Positions 48,992 to 56,551 are shown, counted from the first letter of the stretch. The stretch is DNA of 64,000 nt from Candidatus Nanosyncoccus sp. (GCA_045630905.1 JAZQTT010000013.1:2192-66191); one strand, 5' to 3'. Program-made: numbers and translations. Notes: generated by a model not told the origin, from the sequence alone.

Positions 48992-49049
48992 GATATAAAA
49001 AAGACCCAGTGAATGGGTCTTTTTTATATCCTAGTTTAAACTAGGATAT
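48992..49049. terminator. Double hairpin terminator after fusA
   Basis: Perfect 17-bp IR 48992-49008 / 49014-30 overlapping the perfect 24-bp palindrome ATATCCTAGTTTAAACTAGGATAT (49026-49). Confidence 0.85.
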
Positions 49050-49052
49050 TTT

Positions 49053-49388
49053 TTATTCTTCTGTAGAATTGGCGTTATAGGTCTCGAGGAAGGTATTTAC
49101 AGTTTGGTTAAGTTCATCGGTGACCTTATTAATAGTATTAACGGTGATTATATTCATCACGATAGCAACAACTAAAGCTACAGCACCTAAGATAGTAGCA
49201 GCAAGAGCCTTATAGCCTTCAGCCTTTTTAACTAGACCGATGATACCAAAGATTAATGCCAAACCACCTAAGATGTACGCAATCCAGTAACATAGAGGGA
49301 TAAACGCAAATACTACGCCAATGATACCTAATACTAAACCAGCGGTGTACAAACCAGTGGATTCATTTTTTTTGCTATTTGTTGCCAT
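49053..49388 (-). CDS. Small membrane protein (DUF4190-like)
   Basis: AAGGAG SD; LVLGIIG...LGGLALIFGIIGL...ALAATILG pattern. Confidence 0.7.
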   Translation of the reverse strand: MATNSKKNESTGLYTAGLVLGIIGVVFAFIPLCYWIAYILGGLALIFGIIGLVKKAEGYKALAATILGAVALVVAIVMNIITVNTINKVTDELNQTVNTFLETYNANSTEE

Positions 49389-49482
49389 ATAGACTCCTTA
49401 TTTAACTTATTTTTTCCATTATAACATAGTTTTAGATAAGCTTGAAAGAGTTTTTATAAATTTCTTATGGTATTTTGATTCA

Positions 49483-49511
49483 TTGACTTTTTAATGATTT
49501 TGTGATATAAT
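49483..49511 (+). promoter_or_regulatory. Sigma70-type promoter
   Basis: TTGACT, 17 bp, TGaTATAAT. Confidence 0.75.
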
Positions 49512-49588
49512 TAAAAATGTGGCTGAGTGGCTTTAGCTTGGCTCATGTAGTTATTGTTTCTCTTTTTTTAAAATAGGAGGTGATAAAT

Positions 49589-49945
49589 ATGAGAGACAAC
49601 AATAAATTATTAAAAGATTGCAATTTAGAGGAATTTATGAAGTATAGATTTTTCTTTCATTTAAAAAATGGTGAAAAGGCAGGTTTTGTCTACACAAAAT
49701 TTTATGAAAAAGAAATATCTAAACTAGAAAAACAGACGAAACTCTCCAAAATAGGAGCTATTTTATTAGTTCCTGTGGTAGTTTTTATGTTATTGTCCAT
49801 AATAACTACTGGAGAAGACGTAATCATTACATTATTTTTATGTTTCGCAATTCTAGATTCGGTATCTTTTATCTCTATTGCAATCATTGAATTAATATTC
49901 CGCTTAAAAAAGTGGAAAGTTATTAAAATTCTAAAAATAGAATAA
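49589..49945 (+). CDS. Hypothetical two-TM membrane protein
   Basis: AGGAGG SD before ATG 49589; two hydrophobic segments in the C-terminal half. Confidence 0.7.
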   Translation: MRDNNKLLKDCNLEEFMKYRFFFHLKNGEKAGFVYTKFYEKEISKLEKQTKLSKIGAILLVPVVVFMLLSIITTGEDVIITLFLCFAILDSVSFISIAIIELIFRLKKWKVIKILKIE

Positions 49946-49950
49946 AAAGG

Positions 49951-49976
49951 ATCCCTGGCTTTAGCCAGGGATTTTT
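49951..49976 (+). terminator. Intrinsic terminator
   Basis: ATCCCTGGCT-tt-AGCCAGGGAT then TTTT. Confidence 0.85.
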
Positions 49977-50006
49977 ACATGAGCATTTTATAGTAATAAA
50001 ATATTA

Positions 50007-50035
50007 TTGACTAATTTAAAAGTATATAGTATAAT
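50007..50035 (+). promoter_or_regulatory. Sigma70-type promoter
   Basis: TTGACT, 17 bp, TATAAT. Confidence 0.75.
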
Positions 50036-50083
50036 TGTTTTACTTACCCGTAGTGGTAAAAAAATTTCAGGAGGTGGCGTACG

Positions 50084-50431
50084 TTGTTGGAAAAGAACAG
50101 ACAATTTGAAGTAGTCTTTCTTTCTAGAAAAGCCCGAAGTAGTGGATTTTACCATGCGGGAATAATAGAAAGAATAAAGATTCCTTCATTTTTCGAGACG
50201 CTTATGCGGCAAGGCTTTCGGCAACTGCCGTATAATGAAAAATTTGACGATATTTATCGTCAATACGGTTATTCCGTTGAAGATTTAAAAGCCCATAAGG
50301 GCAAATTCGAGAAATACTCGAAAAATCTTCAACTAGAGGTATATGTTTGCCCATATTTACTGGGAAAAACCTCAAAGAGGGAATACCGCGAAATTATTGA
50401 AGACTTGAACAAATTGTCTTCAGAATTTTAA
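50084..50431 (+). CDS. Hypothetical protein
   Basis: TTG start with AGGAGG SD; own promoter and terminator. Confidence 0.65.
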   Translation: MLEKNRQFEVVFLSRKARSSGFYHAGIIERIKIPSFFETLMRQGFRQLPYNEKFDDIYRQYGYSVEDLKAHKGKFEKYSKNLQLEVYVCPYLLGKTSKREYREIIEDLNKLSSEF

Positions 50432-50477
50432 AATTGTGCGCATTGGTATCTCCTTTGGGGATAACCTTATTAAAATG

Positions 50478-50503
50478 CCTCCCTCATATGAGGGGGGTGT
50501 TTT
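50478..50503 (+). terminator. Intrinsic terminator
   Basis: CCTCCCTCA-ta-TGAGGGGGG then TGTTTT. Confidence 0.65.
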
Positions 50504-50698
50504 ACTTGACATTTTTCAAAAAAATACTTCCATTTTTTGCAATAATATGTTATAATAATGGAGTTTACGGGAGACTGTAAGCAAGAACATTAAAAAGTGG
50601 GTCTATTTAAAAGGCCTAGTGGTTACTATTACACTCCTCTTAGGGGTTTTATATATATCATAGTGAAAATAAAAAAACAAAAGGAGAAATGAAAAACT

Positions 50699-51367
50699 AT
50701 GAAGAAAAAAACATTAAAGAAAATCATCGTAACTGTAGGCCTGTTTGCAGTATTAACTGTAGTTCTTAATGCATGTGGAGCTTCTGAAGCCGCAAGAGAA
50801 GCTGCAATAAGATCGGAAGATGTGATCTTGGATTTAAAACTCCAATATCAAGATTCTGACTTTTGGGATGTGGCGGAAAAAGAAGCTGAACTCATTGAAG
50901 ACACGATCGAAAAGAAAGTATTCTTGGTAGATTTTATTGTCTCGATTGACGGGAAAACTTCAATCTTCGAAACATCTGAGGCTAGACTCATGTATGACAA
51001 CGATTCTTGCCGAACTGAGGTGGCGAACGATCTTTTAACAGAATTAGCTACTTCAGAAGAAATTGTGAAAGCTCATGAAGACGGAAAAAAAGTATCCATC
51101 AATGGAATAATCCTAAGGTGGATCAACAAAGAAGGATTCTTAGGCCATAATGATATCTGCTACTCCGTAGCAGATATTGATGGAGACGGCGTTTGGAATT
51201 ATGTTTCCAGAGGTAAAATTATATATTCCGAAGAGGAAATACTTAGTTCTGGGGACGAACCGCTGTATCTTCATACGATCGATGACGACGCAGAGATCGT
51301 CACGATCAATAGCCAAGAAGACTTCTCCTTCTCAAGTCTCGAAAAGCTGGCACAGCCGGCTGACTGA
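50699..51367 (+). CDS. Putative lipoprotein of unknown function
   Basis: MKKKTLKK, hydrophobic stretch, lipobox LNAC; acidic mature domain; AAGGAG SD. Confidence 0.7.
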   Translation: MKKKTLKKIIVTVGLFAVLTVVLNACGASEAAREAAIRSEDVILDLKLQYQDSDFWDVAEKEAELIEDTIEKKVFLVDFIVSIDGKTSIFETSEARLMYDNDSCRTEVANDLLTELATSEEIVKAHEDGKKVSINGIILRWINKEGFLGHNDICYSVADIDGDGVWNYVSRGKIIYSEEEILSSGDEPLYLHTIDDDAEIVTINSQEDFSFSSLEKLAQPAD

Positions 51368-51640
51368 AACCTTCGGGCGTTAACTTGCTGGCCCCCGGAA
51401 GGGGTGATAGGAGGGGTCAAATCCTCCGCCAGCGCTCGTGCTGACCTGGTTAGGCATACCAAAGAATATGACCAGGATGAGCCATCATGAAATGGCAAAC
51501 CGGGCGAAAGCGGAGGATTTATTACATATGTGTTCATGTTTTCCATTGCTAACCTTATACCTTTCGCGTAGTAGCCCGGCTGCAACATCGAAGACCCCGT
51601 AGCCTATGGCCTGACGAAATTTTCGGCGGGCCATTTGTAT
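51361..51640 (+). ncRNA. Putative GC-rich structured RNA element (3' of the lipoprotein gene), class unknown
   Basis: cUUCGg and GGAA tetraloop hairpins, several 5-11 bp helices including perfect AAATCCTCCGC/GCGGAGGATTT, terminal hairpin 51606-34 plus U-rich tail; no plus-strand ORF in the track. Confidence 0.55.
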
Positions 51641-51693
51641 TTCTAGAAAAAAATACCCCATAAAAAGGGTTTTGATATTTAATTAAACAATAG

Positions 51694-51717
51694 AAAAGGG
51701 CCGCAAAAGTGCGGCCC
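51694..51717 (-). terminator. Intrinsic terminator of the large ncRNA
   Basis: Minus strand GGGCCGCA-cttt-TGCGGCCC followed by TTTT. Confidence 0.85.
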
Positions 51718-51730
51718 ATTGTTTTTTATT

Positions 51731-52149
51731 ATTGTGGTGTGAATAACGTTCGAGGTACTCAAAGGATCTCTTTCCCTAATTAATGAACGTTATTCATTAT
51801 GCTTACACCTAAACGGTGCGTCCTCAACGCCCTCTACAGCGGGCACGGACCTCCAGAACGGCACGAATCCGTCCCTATTTAATAGTGATCTGTAAGACCT
51901 GCTTCAAGGGGGGCTTTATACCTCAAACTTGAATAACCTGAATTACCACACTATTAAATACTATACTACGAGTAGTATAGGAGAACATAAGCAACTTATT
52001 GGCGATTCCTCTTAGAAAGACCCCCTCGTGTAGGGCCATCGCACAATAAATTTGCCATGGTCATACTCTCTTGAGGATTCAGAGAGGCGGAACAGAGGTG
52101 AAAATCCGTTCCTAACCAACAATGTTTGTTAACCAACATCGCCCACAAT
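51731..52149 (-). ncRNA. Large multi-helix non-coding RNA (~419 nt core), class unknown
   Basis: Consensus promoter and terminator bracket an ORF-free region; 5'/3' ends pair (AUUGUGG/CCACAAU); two perfect 12-bp helices and further 8-14 bp helices whose G.U pairs work only on the minus strand. Confidence 0.8.
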
Positions 52150-52155
52150 GCTTGT

Positions 52156-52184
52156 ATTGTATCATACTTTGGCTAAAATGTCAA
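52156..52184 (-). promoter_or_regulatory. Sigma70-type promoter of the large ncRNA
   Basis: Minus strand TTGACA (52184-79), 17 bp, TGaTACAAT (-10 at 52161-56). Confidence 0.85.
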
Positions 52185-52199
52185 TAGGAAACCGTGTAA

Positions 52200-52228
52200 T
52201 TGACAGTATTAAGATATTGTGATATAAC
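52200..52228 (+). promoter_or_regulatory. Divergent sigma70-type promoter for the HD-domain gene
   Basis: TTGACA, 17 bp, TGaTATAAC. Confidence 0.75.
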
Positions 52229-52275
52229 TATATAAGTACATTGAAAATATAGAGATAAAAAAAGGGGGAAACAAA

Positions 52276-52932
52276 TTGAAAGTGATATGTTTTTTCGAAA
52301 AAATGACACTGGAACAGGCTTACAATACCGATACAATGCCTCTTAAAAACGCACACATGGGCAAAATGCTCATGAACACGTTTTTAGACGTTTGCCGGGA
52401 TCTTCCTGAAAATCCATTGAAATTACTCTATTTTCTGGGAAAGGAAGATCAGCTCACTCGCATGTTTTACGATGAATATCGTCAAGAAACGTTATGCGAG
52501 CACGCAAAAATTGTGGCCGCCAATCTAGAAGACCTGTCTATCACGGATTACGACACGGTGGCAACTTTAGCCATTTTGCACGATATCGGGAAAAAATACG
52601 CCCAGTCTGACTTGGACTATGACCCGTGTGCCTGCGCAGCAATGTCCGCATATATGGCATCAGAGTGGTTAAAAAAACAGAATCATTGCGAGATATTCAA
52701 AAAGTACTTGGTAGCGACAATTTATTACCAAGTAAAGTCAGATGATCAACAGCGCGTATTAAAGGAGCTTTCAGCGTTCTTTGATGGAGATTGTAATAAG
52801 GTAAGAACTACTCAGTTTCTAATCAATAGACTGCGCGAAAGCGACGTCATGCCGTGGCTTAACTCAGAACCATTTAAAGCAGGTAGAGGAGAGTCACTGA
52901 TACTCTCTGGTAGCCTCAAATATAATAATTAA
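52276..52932 (+). CDS. HD-domain (metal-dependent phosphohydrolase-like) protein
   Basis: LCEHAKIV...LAILHDIGKK (H...HDIG motif); TTG start with AGGGGG SD. Confidence 0.65.
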   Translation: MKVICFFEKMTLEQAYNTDTMPLKNAHMGKMLMNTFLDVCRDLPENPLKLLYFLGKEDQLTRMFYDEYRQETLCEHAKIVAANLEDLSITDYDTVATLAILHDIGKKYAQSDLDYDPCACAAMSAYMASEWLKKQNHCEIFKKYLVATIYYQVKSDDQQRVLKELSAFFDGDCNKVRTTQFLINRLRESDVMPWLNSEPFKAGRGESLILSGSLKYNN

Positions 52933-52943
52933 TTCAATGTACT

Positions 52944-52975
52944 CCTCCCCTGACGGAGATCGGGGGAGGTTTTTT
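52944..52975 (+). terminator. Intrinsic terminator
   Basis: CCTCCCCTGA-cggaga-TCGGGGGAGG then T6. Confidence 0.85.
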
Positions 52976-52980
52976 ACCCC

Positions 52981-53009
52981 TTGAAAAAACATAAGGAATA
53001 TGCTATAAT
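52981..53009 (+). promoter_or_regulatory. Sigma70-type promoter
   Basis: TTGAAA, 17 bp, TGcTATAAT. Confidence 0.7.
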
Positions 53010-53072
53010 AGTGGGGTAGGTTTTTGCAAAAAACAGGCTTAGGCCTAAGAATATTAAAAAGAGGTGGTTAGA

Positions 53073-54431
53073 ATGAAAAAGTTTTGTTTGATAGCATTTA
53101 TAGTTTTTGGATTTTTAGTTTTTTATGCGCCGCAGTCATATGCGGATGCAGAGCCTAAAAAAATATATGTAACTAAGAAGTTTGAGGAGTTTGGTGTTAA
53201 AACTACGCTTTACGGTGGCAATACTGAAAAGGCGTTGCACGATTATTTACTTCCTCTTTACAAAAAATTGGCCGGCGGCAAAATTTCAGGTGATAAGATC
53301 ACCTGGAAATTTGAGGATTCTCCATTTTATGTTGAAGAAACATACAAAGAGTCCGCAGTAGGACGGATGGAGAATTTTGCGTATTTTTATACGCAAAACG
53401 GCGGCAAAACTCTCTACCCTGCCGTAGGGGAAACCCCCGCGGAGATGTGGTCGGTCCTGAAAATGGGCTACTCCACGGAAACGCGGGAGGTCTCAAGACC
53501 GGAGGGTAATAAATACCGATCCGTTATTACGTCGGTATTTGTAACTAATTGGTGTACGCCAAATGGCGTAGCTTGCTCCCGTAAAACGGCGATGAGTTAC
53601 TATCAGAAATATGAAAAGCGGCTGAAAACCGCTGTTTCTAAGATAATGAAGCTCCGTTACAAAGGCAAATCCTTGAACACTGTCCAGAAATTAAAAGCCA
53701 TACACGATTTCTTGACCAGCAATGTAGAATATGATTACGCTGGTCTAAATGCCTTTAACAATGGCGACCAGAGCCAAAAGCAAATATATAATGAATATGG
53801 CGCGATCGTCAGGGGCAAAGCCGTCTGCGGCGGCTACGCACTCGCATTCAAGTGCTTAGCGGACGAATTAAACCGGCAGACGGGCTCAAATATTAAATGC
53901 GAGTACGTTAGATGTTCTCGCCACGCCTGGAACCGGGTTAAACTGGGTAGTAATTGGTATCATATTGATGCCACCTGGGATGACGGAGCAAAAAAGACTA
54001 AAACCAGGTATTTTCTAGTAAGTGATAAATCACTGTTAGAAAAACATCCAGGCGGAGAAGACGGATACAGAACTTACAACCCTGAAAAAGCCACTAATAG
54101 TAGCTATGAGGGTAAAAAGTGGCCCCTTTTTAAGCTGGGGATGTTAAATATCTCCGGCACCGCCAAATCTACTAAAGCTTACAAACTTGGTAGAAAAAAG
54201 AAGGTAACACCATTCAACAAAGTTTTTAAGCCCTTTGCGAGTGTTTATAGATACTCTAAGAAATCTATTAGCGAAAACTTGCAGGGGAAAAGGTCTTTAG
54301 TATTAATAAGAGGCCTGGACTATACAATTAAGTATAGTCTCAATTATAAAAAGGGGTGGGCAACCGCTATAATTACCCTGAAGGGCGATTACAGTGGAAA
54401 AATAAAAGTAAAATTTAAGATAGTGAAATAA
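53073..54431 (+). CDS. Secreted transglutaminase-like (Cys-His-Asp) protein with a C-terminal Ig/MBG-like repeat
   Basis: Signal peptide (MKKFCLIAF...SYA); AIHDFL..NVEYD, GKAVCGGYA, HAWNRV, WYHIDATWDD; GLDYTIKY....GWATAIITLKGDYSG tail. Confidence 0.85.
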   Translation: MKKFCLIAFIVFGFLVFYAPQSYADAEPKKIYVTKKFEEFGVKTTLYGGNTEKALHDYLLPLYKKLAGGKISGDKITWKFEDSPFYVEETYKESAVGRMENFAYFYTQNGGKTLYPAVGETPAEMWSVLKMGYSTETREVSRPEGNKYRSVITSVFVTNWCTPNGVACSRKTAMSYYQKYEKRLKTAVSKIMKLRYKGKSLNTVQKLKAIHDFLTSNVEYDYAGLNAFNNGDQSQKQIYNEYGAIVRGKAVCGGYALAFKCLADELNRQTGSNIKCEYVRCSRHAWNRVKLGSNWYHIDATWDDGAKKTKTRYFLVSDKSLLEKHPGGEDGYRTYNPEKATNSSYEGKKWPLFKLGMLNISGTAKSTKAYKLGRKKKVTPFNKVFKPFASVYRYSKKSISENLQGKRSLVLIRGLDYTIKYSLNYKKGWATAIITLKGDYSGKIKVKFKIVK

Positions 54432-54471
54432 CCTCTATCTTAAACAAAAAACCACCTCTAAAAAACTGGGG

Positions 54472-54495
54472 AGGCTGGCAGTTTGCCAGCCTTTT
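54472..54495 (+). terminator. Intrinsic terminator
   Basis: AGGCTGGCA-gtt-TGCCAGCCT then TTT. Confidence 0.8.
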
Positions 54496-54498
54496 CTG

Positions 54499-54527
54499 TT
54501 GACAAAATATTGAACTTGTGCTATAAT
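54499..54527 (+). promoter_or_regulatory. Perfect-consensus sigma70 promoter
   Basis: TTGACA, 17 bp, TGcTATAAT. Confidence 0.85.
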
Positions 54528-54590
54528 TAAAAGACCAATAAATGGCATATTGAGAAATATGCTTGTATATTAACAAAAGGAGGAAACAAA

Positions 54591-54911
54591 ATGGCAGTAG
54601 GAATCGTATTTGAAAGCGACAAAAAGAAGGCAGAAATCCGGAAAACCCTAACTAAGGGTATGGCGGCAAGATTTGCTAAAGAAGTTGTATGGAACGAAAA
54701 GTCCGGACCATTCTTAATCAAGAGGGCATACAAAGATATAGATGCCTTCGACGCAGGAATCACGGAAAAAAAGAATCTGAAGGAGCTTTTCAATAAAAGC
54801 CTCGAAAGAAGCCTTGAATCCGAAAAGGAGAAAAAAAGAAAAGAGGATGAAAGGCGAAGAAGATTATATGCTGGAAGACTGAGTGGGTCTCTGCCCACGA
54901 CAATTTCTTGA
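54591..54911 (+). CDS. Small basic hypothetical protein
   Basis: AAGGAGG SD; 106 aa; K/R/E-rich C-terminus. Confidence 0.7.
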   Translation: MAVGIVFESDKKKAEIRKTLTKGMAARFAKEVVWNEKSGPFLIKRAYKDIDAFDAGITEKKNLKELFNKSLERSLESEKEKKRKEDERRRRLYAGRLSGSLPTTIS

Positions 54912-55056
54912 ACTCGAGACAACATCGTCAACAAGGGGGGATATAGGTAATATTAGCTAAATTATCTATATATTCATAGTTTTTACACTAAAAACACTTT
55001 CACCACTGTACACTTCGAAAAGTGTTTATAAGTGTAAAATCACCTCCTTTTGTTTC

Positions 55057-55115
55057 AGGGCGGCCCCGTAAAACGGGCCGCCCTAAAAAAATCTCTCACT
55101 AAGGAGAGATTTTTT
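55057..55115. terminator. Two adjacent hairpins; the second is the likely tuf terminator
   Basis: AGGGCGGCCC/GGGCCGCCCT (55057-84) and AAAAAATCTCTC/GAGAGATTTTTT (55086-115). Confidence 0.8.
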
Positions 55116-55138
55116 CATGGTTTTAAATAACCGATTGA

Positions 55139-56323
55139 TTATTTAATAACCTTGGTGATAACACCAGAACCGACAGTTTTACCACCTTCACGGATAGCGA
55201 AACGGTCTTGTTCGTTCATAGCTACAGGTGCTAATAGTTTAACCTTGAAGGTTACTTGGTCACCTGGCATGACGATTTCTTTGTCAGCTGGAAGTTCAAC
55301 TTCACCAGTTACGTCAGTGGTACGGAAGTAGAACTGTGGTTTGTAACCCTTTGAGAATGGAGTGTGGCGTCCGCCTTCCTCTTTCTTTAAGATGTAAACC
55401 TCAGCTTCAAATTCGGTGTGTGGAGTGATCGAGCCTGGGGCAGCGATAACTTGACCACGTTCGATTTGATCACGTTCAATACCACGAAGAAGTAACCCAG
55501 CGTTATCGCCAGCTTGTCCTTGATCCAAAGTCTTGTGGAAAGCCTCAATACCAGTAACAACTGATTTTTGAGTGTCTTTTAGACCAACGATTTCAACTTC
55601 GTCGTTTAATTTGATGATACCTTGTTCGATACGGCCAGTTGCAACAGTACCACGACCCTTAATCGAGAAGACGTCCTCAATTGGCATGAGGAATGGTTTG
55701 TCTAGATCGTGTTCTGGGATATCGAAGTATTCGTCCATCGCATTAACGAGTTCCATGATAGCGTCTTCGTTTTCCTTATCACCTTCAAGAGCCTTAGTAG
55801 CAGAACCCTTAATGATAGGAGCGTTGTCGCCATCGAAACCATATTTATTCAAAAGATCACGTACGTCCATCTCAACGAGCTCAACGAGTTCTGGATCAGC
55901 AAGGTCCATTTTGTTTAAGAAGACGATGATCTTAGGTACGTTTACCTGGTGAGCCAAGAGAACGTGTTCACGAGTCTGTGGAAGTGGACCATCGTTCGCA
56001 GCAACTACGAGGATAGCACCATCAACCTGTGCAGCACCGGTAATCATGTTTTTAATATAGTCTGCGTGACCTGGCATATCTACGTGCGCATAGTGACGCT
56101 TGTCAGATTCATACTCCTGGTGAGAAGTAGCGATGGTGATACCACGAGCCTTTTCCTCAGGGGCGTTATCAATTTGATCGTAAGCGATTGGTTTGTTTAC
56201 TTCCGAAGGTAATCTCTTCGCAAGGACGCTAGTAATCGCAGCTGTTAGCGTAGTTTTACCATGGTCGACGTGACCCATAGTACCCACATTAATATGTGGC
56301 TTGGAACGGTCAAAATTTGCCAT
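55139..56323 (-). CDS. tuf: Elongation factor Tu
   Basis: [53 protein letters not shown]. Confidence 0.99.
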   Translation of the reverse strand: MANFDRSKPHINVGTMGHVDHGKTTLTAAITSVLAKRLPSEVNKPIAYDQIDNAPEEKARGITIATSHQEYESDKRHYAHVDMPGHADYIKNMITGAAQVDGAILVVAANDGPLPQTREHVLLAHQVNVPKIIVFLNKMDLADPELVELVEMDVRDLLNKYGFDGDNAPIIKGSATKALEGDKENEDAIMELVNAMDEYFDIPEHDLDKPFLMPIEDVFSIKGRGTVATGRIEQGIIKLNDEVEIVGLKDTQKSVVTGIEAFHKTLDQGQAGDNAGLLLRGIERDQIERGQVIAAPGSITPHTEFEAEVYILKKEEGGRHTPFSKGYKPQFYFRTTDVTGEVELPADKEIVMPGDQVTFKVKLLAPVAMNEQDRFAIREGGKTVGSGVITKVIK

Positions 56324-56551
56324 TCAATCTCCTTTTTTATTAATTATGTTTGGAGCGCTAATAAAAACCAGCTCCAAATCTCTACCTTATTATTTTAGAC
56401 TATTTTATATAAATTGTAAAGACCTTGATTTTTAAGGGTAAGTGTGCTATAATTTAAGATATAATAAAATTAATCATCTTTCTCTAAAAACTTATCGACG
56501 AACCATCTAAGCGTTTATCTAAGGTTATAGAGAGGAAAGGAAAAACAATAA

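Noticed and set aside
51387-51433. tRNA-like element (GGAGG-GGTCAAAT-CCTCC-GCCAGC)
   Set aside because: 8-nt loop lacking TTC, no D or anticodon arm, no CCA.
51494-51520. c-di-GMP-I riboswitch-like GGCAAACC...GAAA...GG
   Set aside because: Stem arms are unequal and the following GACGCAAAGC segment and tetraloop receptor are missing.
51271-51588. Minus-strand 105-aa ORF
   Set aside because: No SD, overlaps the lipoprotein gene, and its composition is explained by the GC-rich RNA stems.
51611-51634. Hammerhead core (CUGACGA) or glmS-like CGAA..UUCGGCGG
   Set aside because: No stem II followed by GAAA, and no glmS GACGAGG core; better explained as a terminal hairpin.
51731-52149. Large RNA as RNase P RNA, tmRNA, SRP RNA or a group I/II intron
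   Set aside because: No GAGGAAAGUCC or AGAACCCGGCUUA P4 strands, no GGGG..G start with T-arm and CCA end, no SRP domain IV loop, no group II domain V, and it is not inside a gene.
54527-54934. Minus-strand 135-aa ORF
   Set aside because: Antisense to 54591-54911, which has a perfect promoter and SD.
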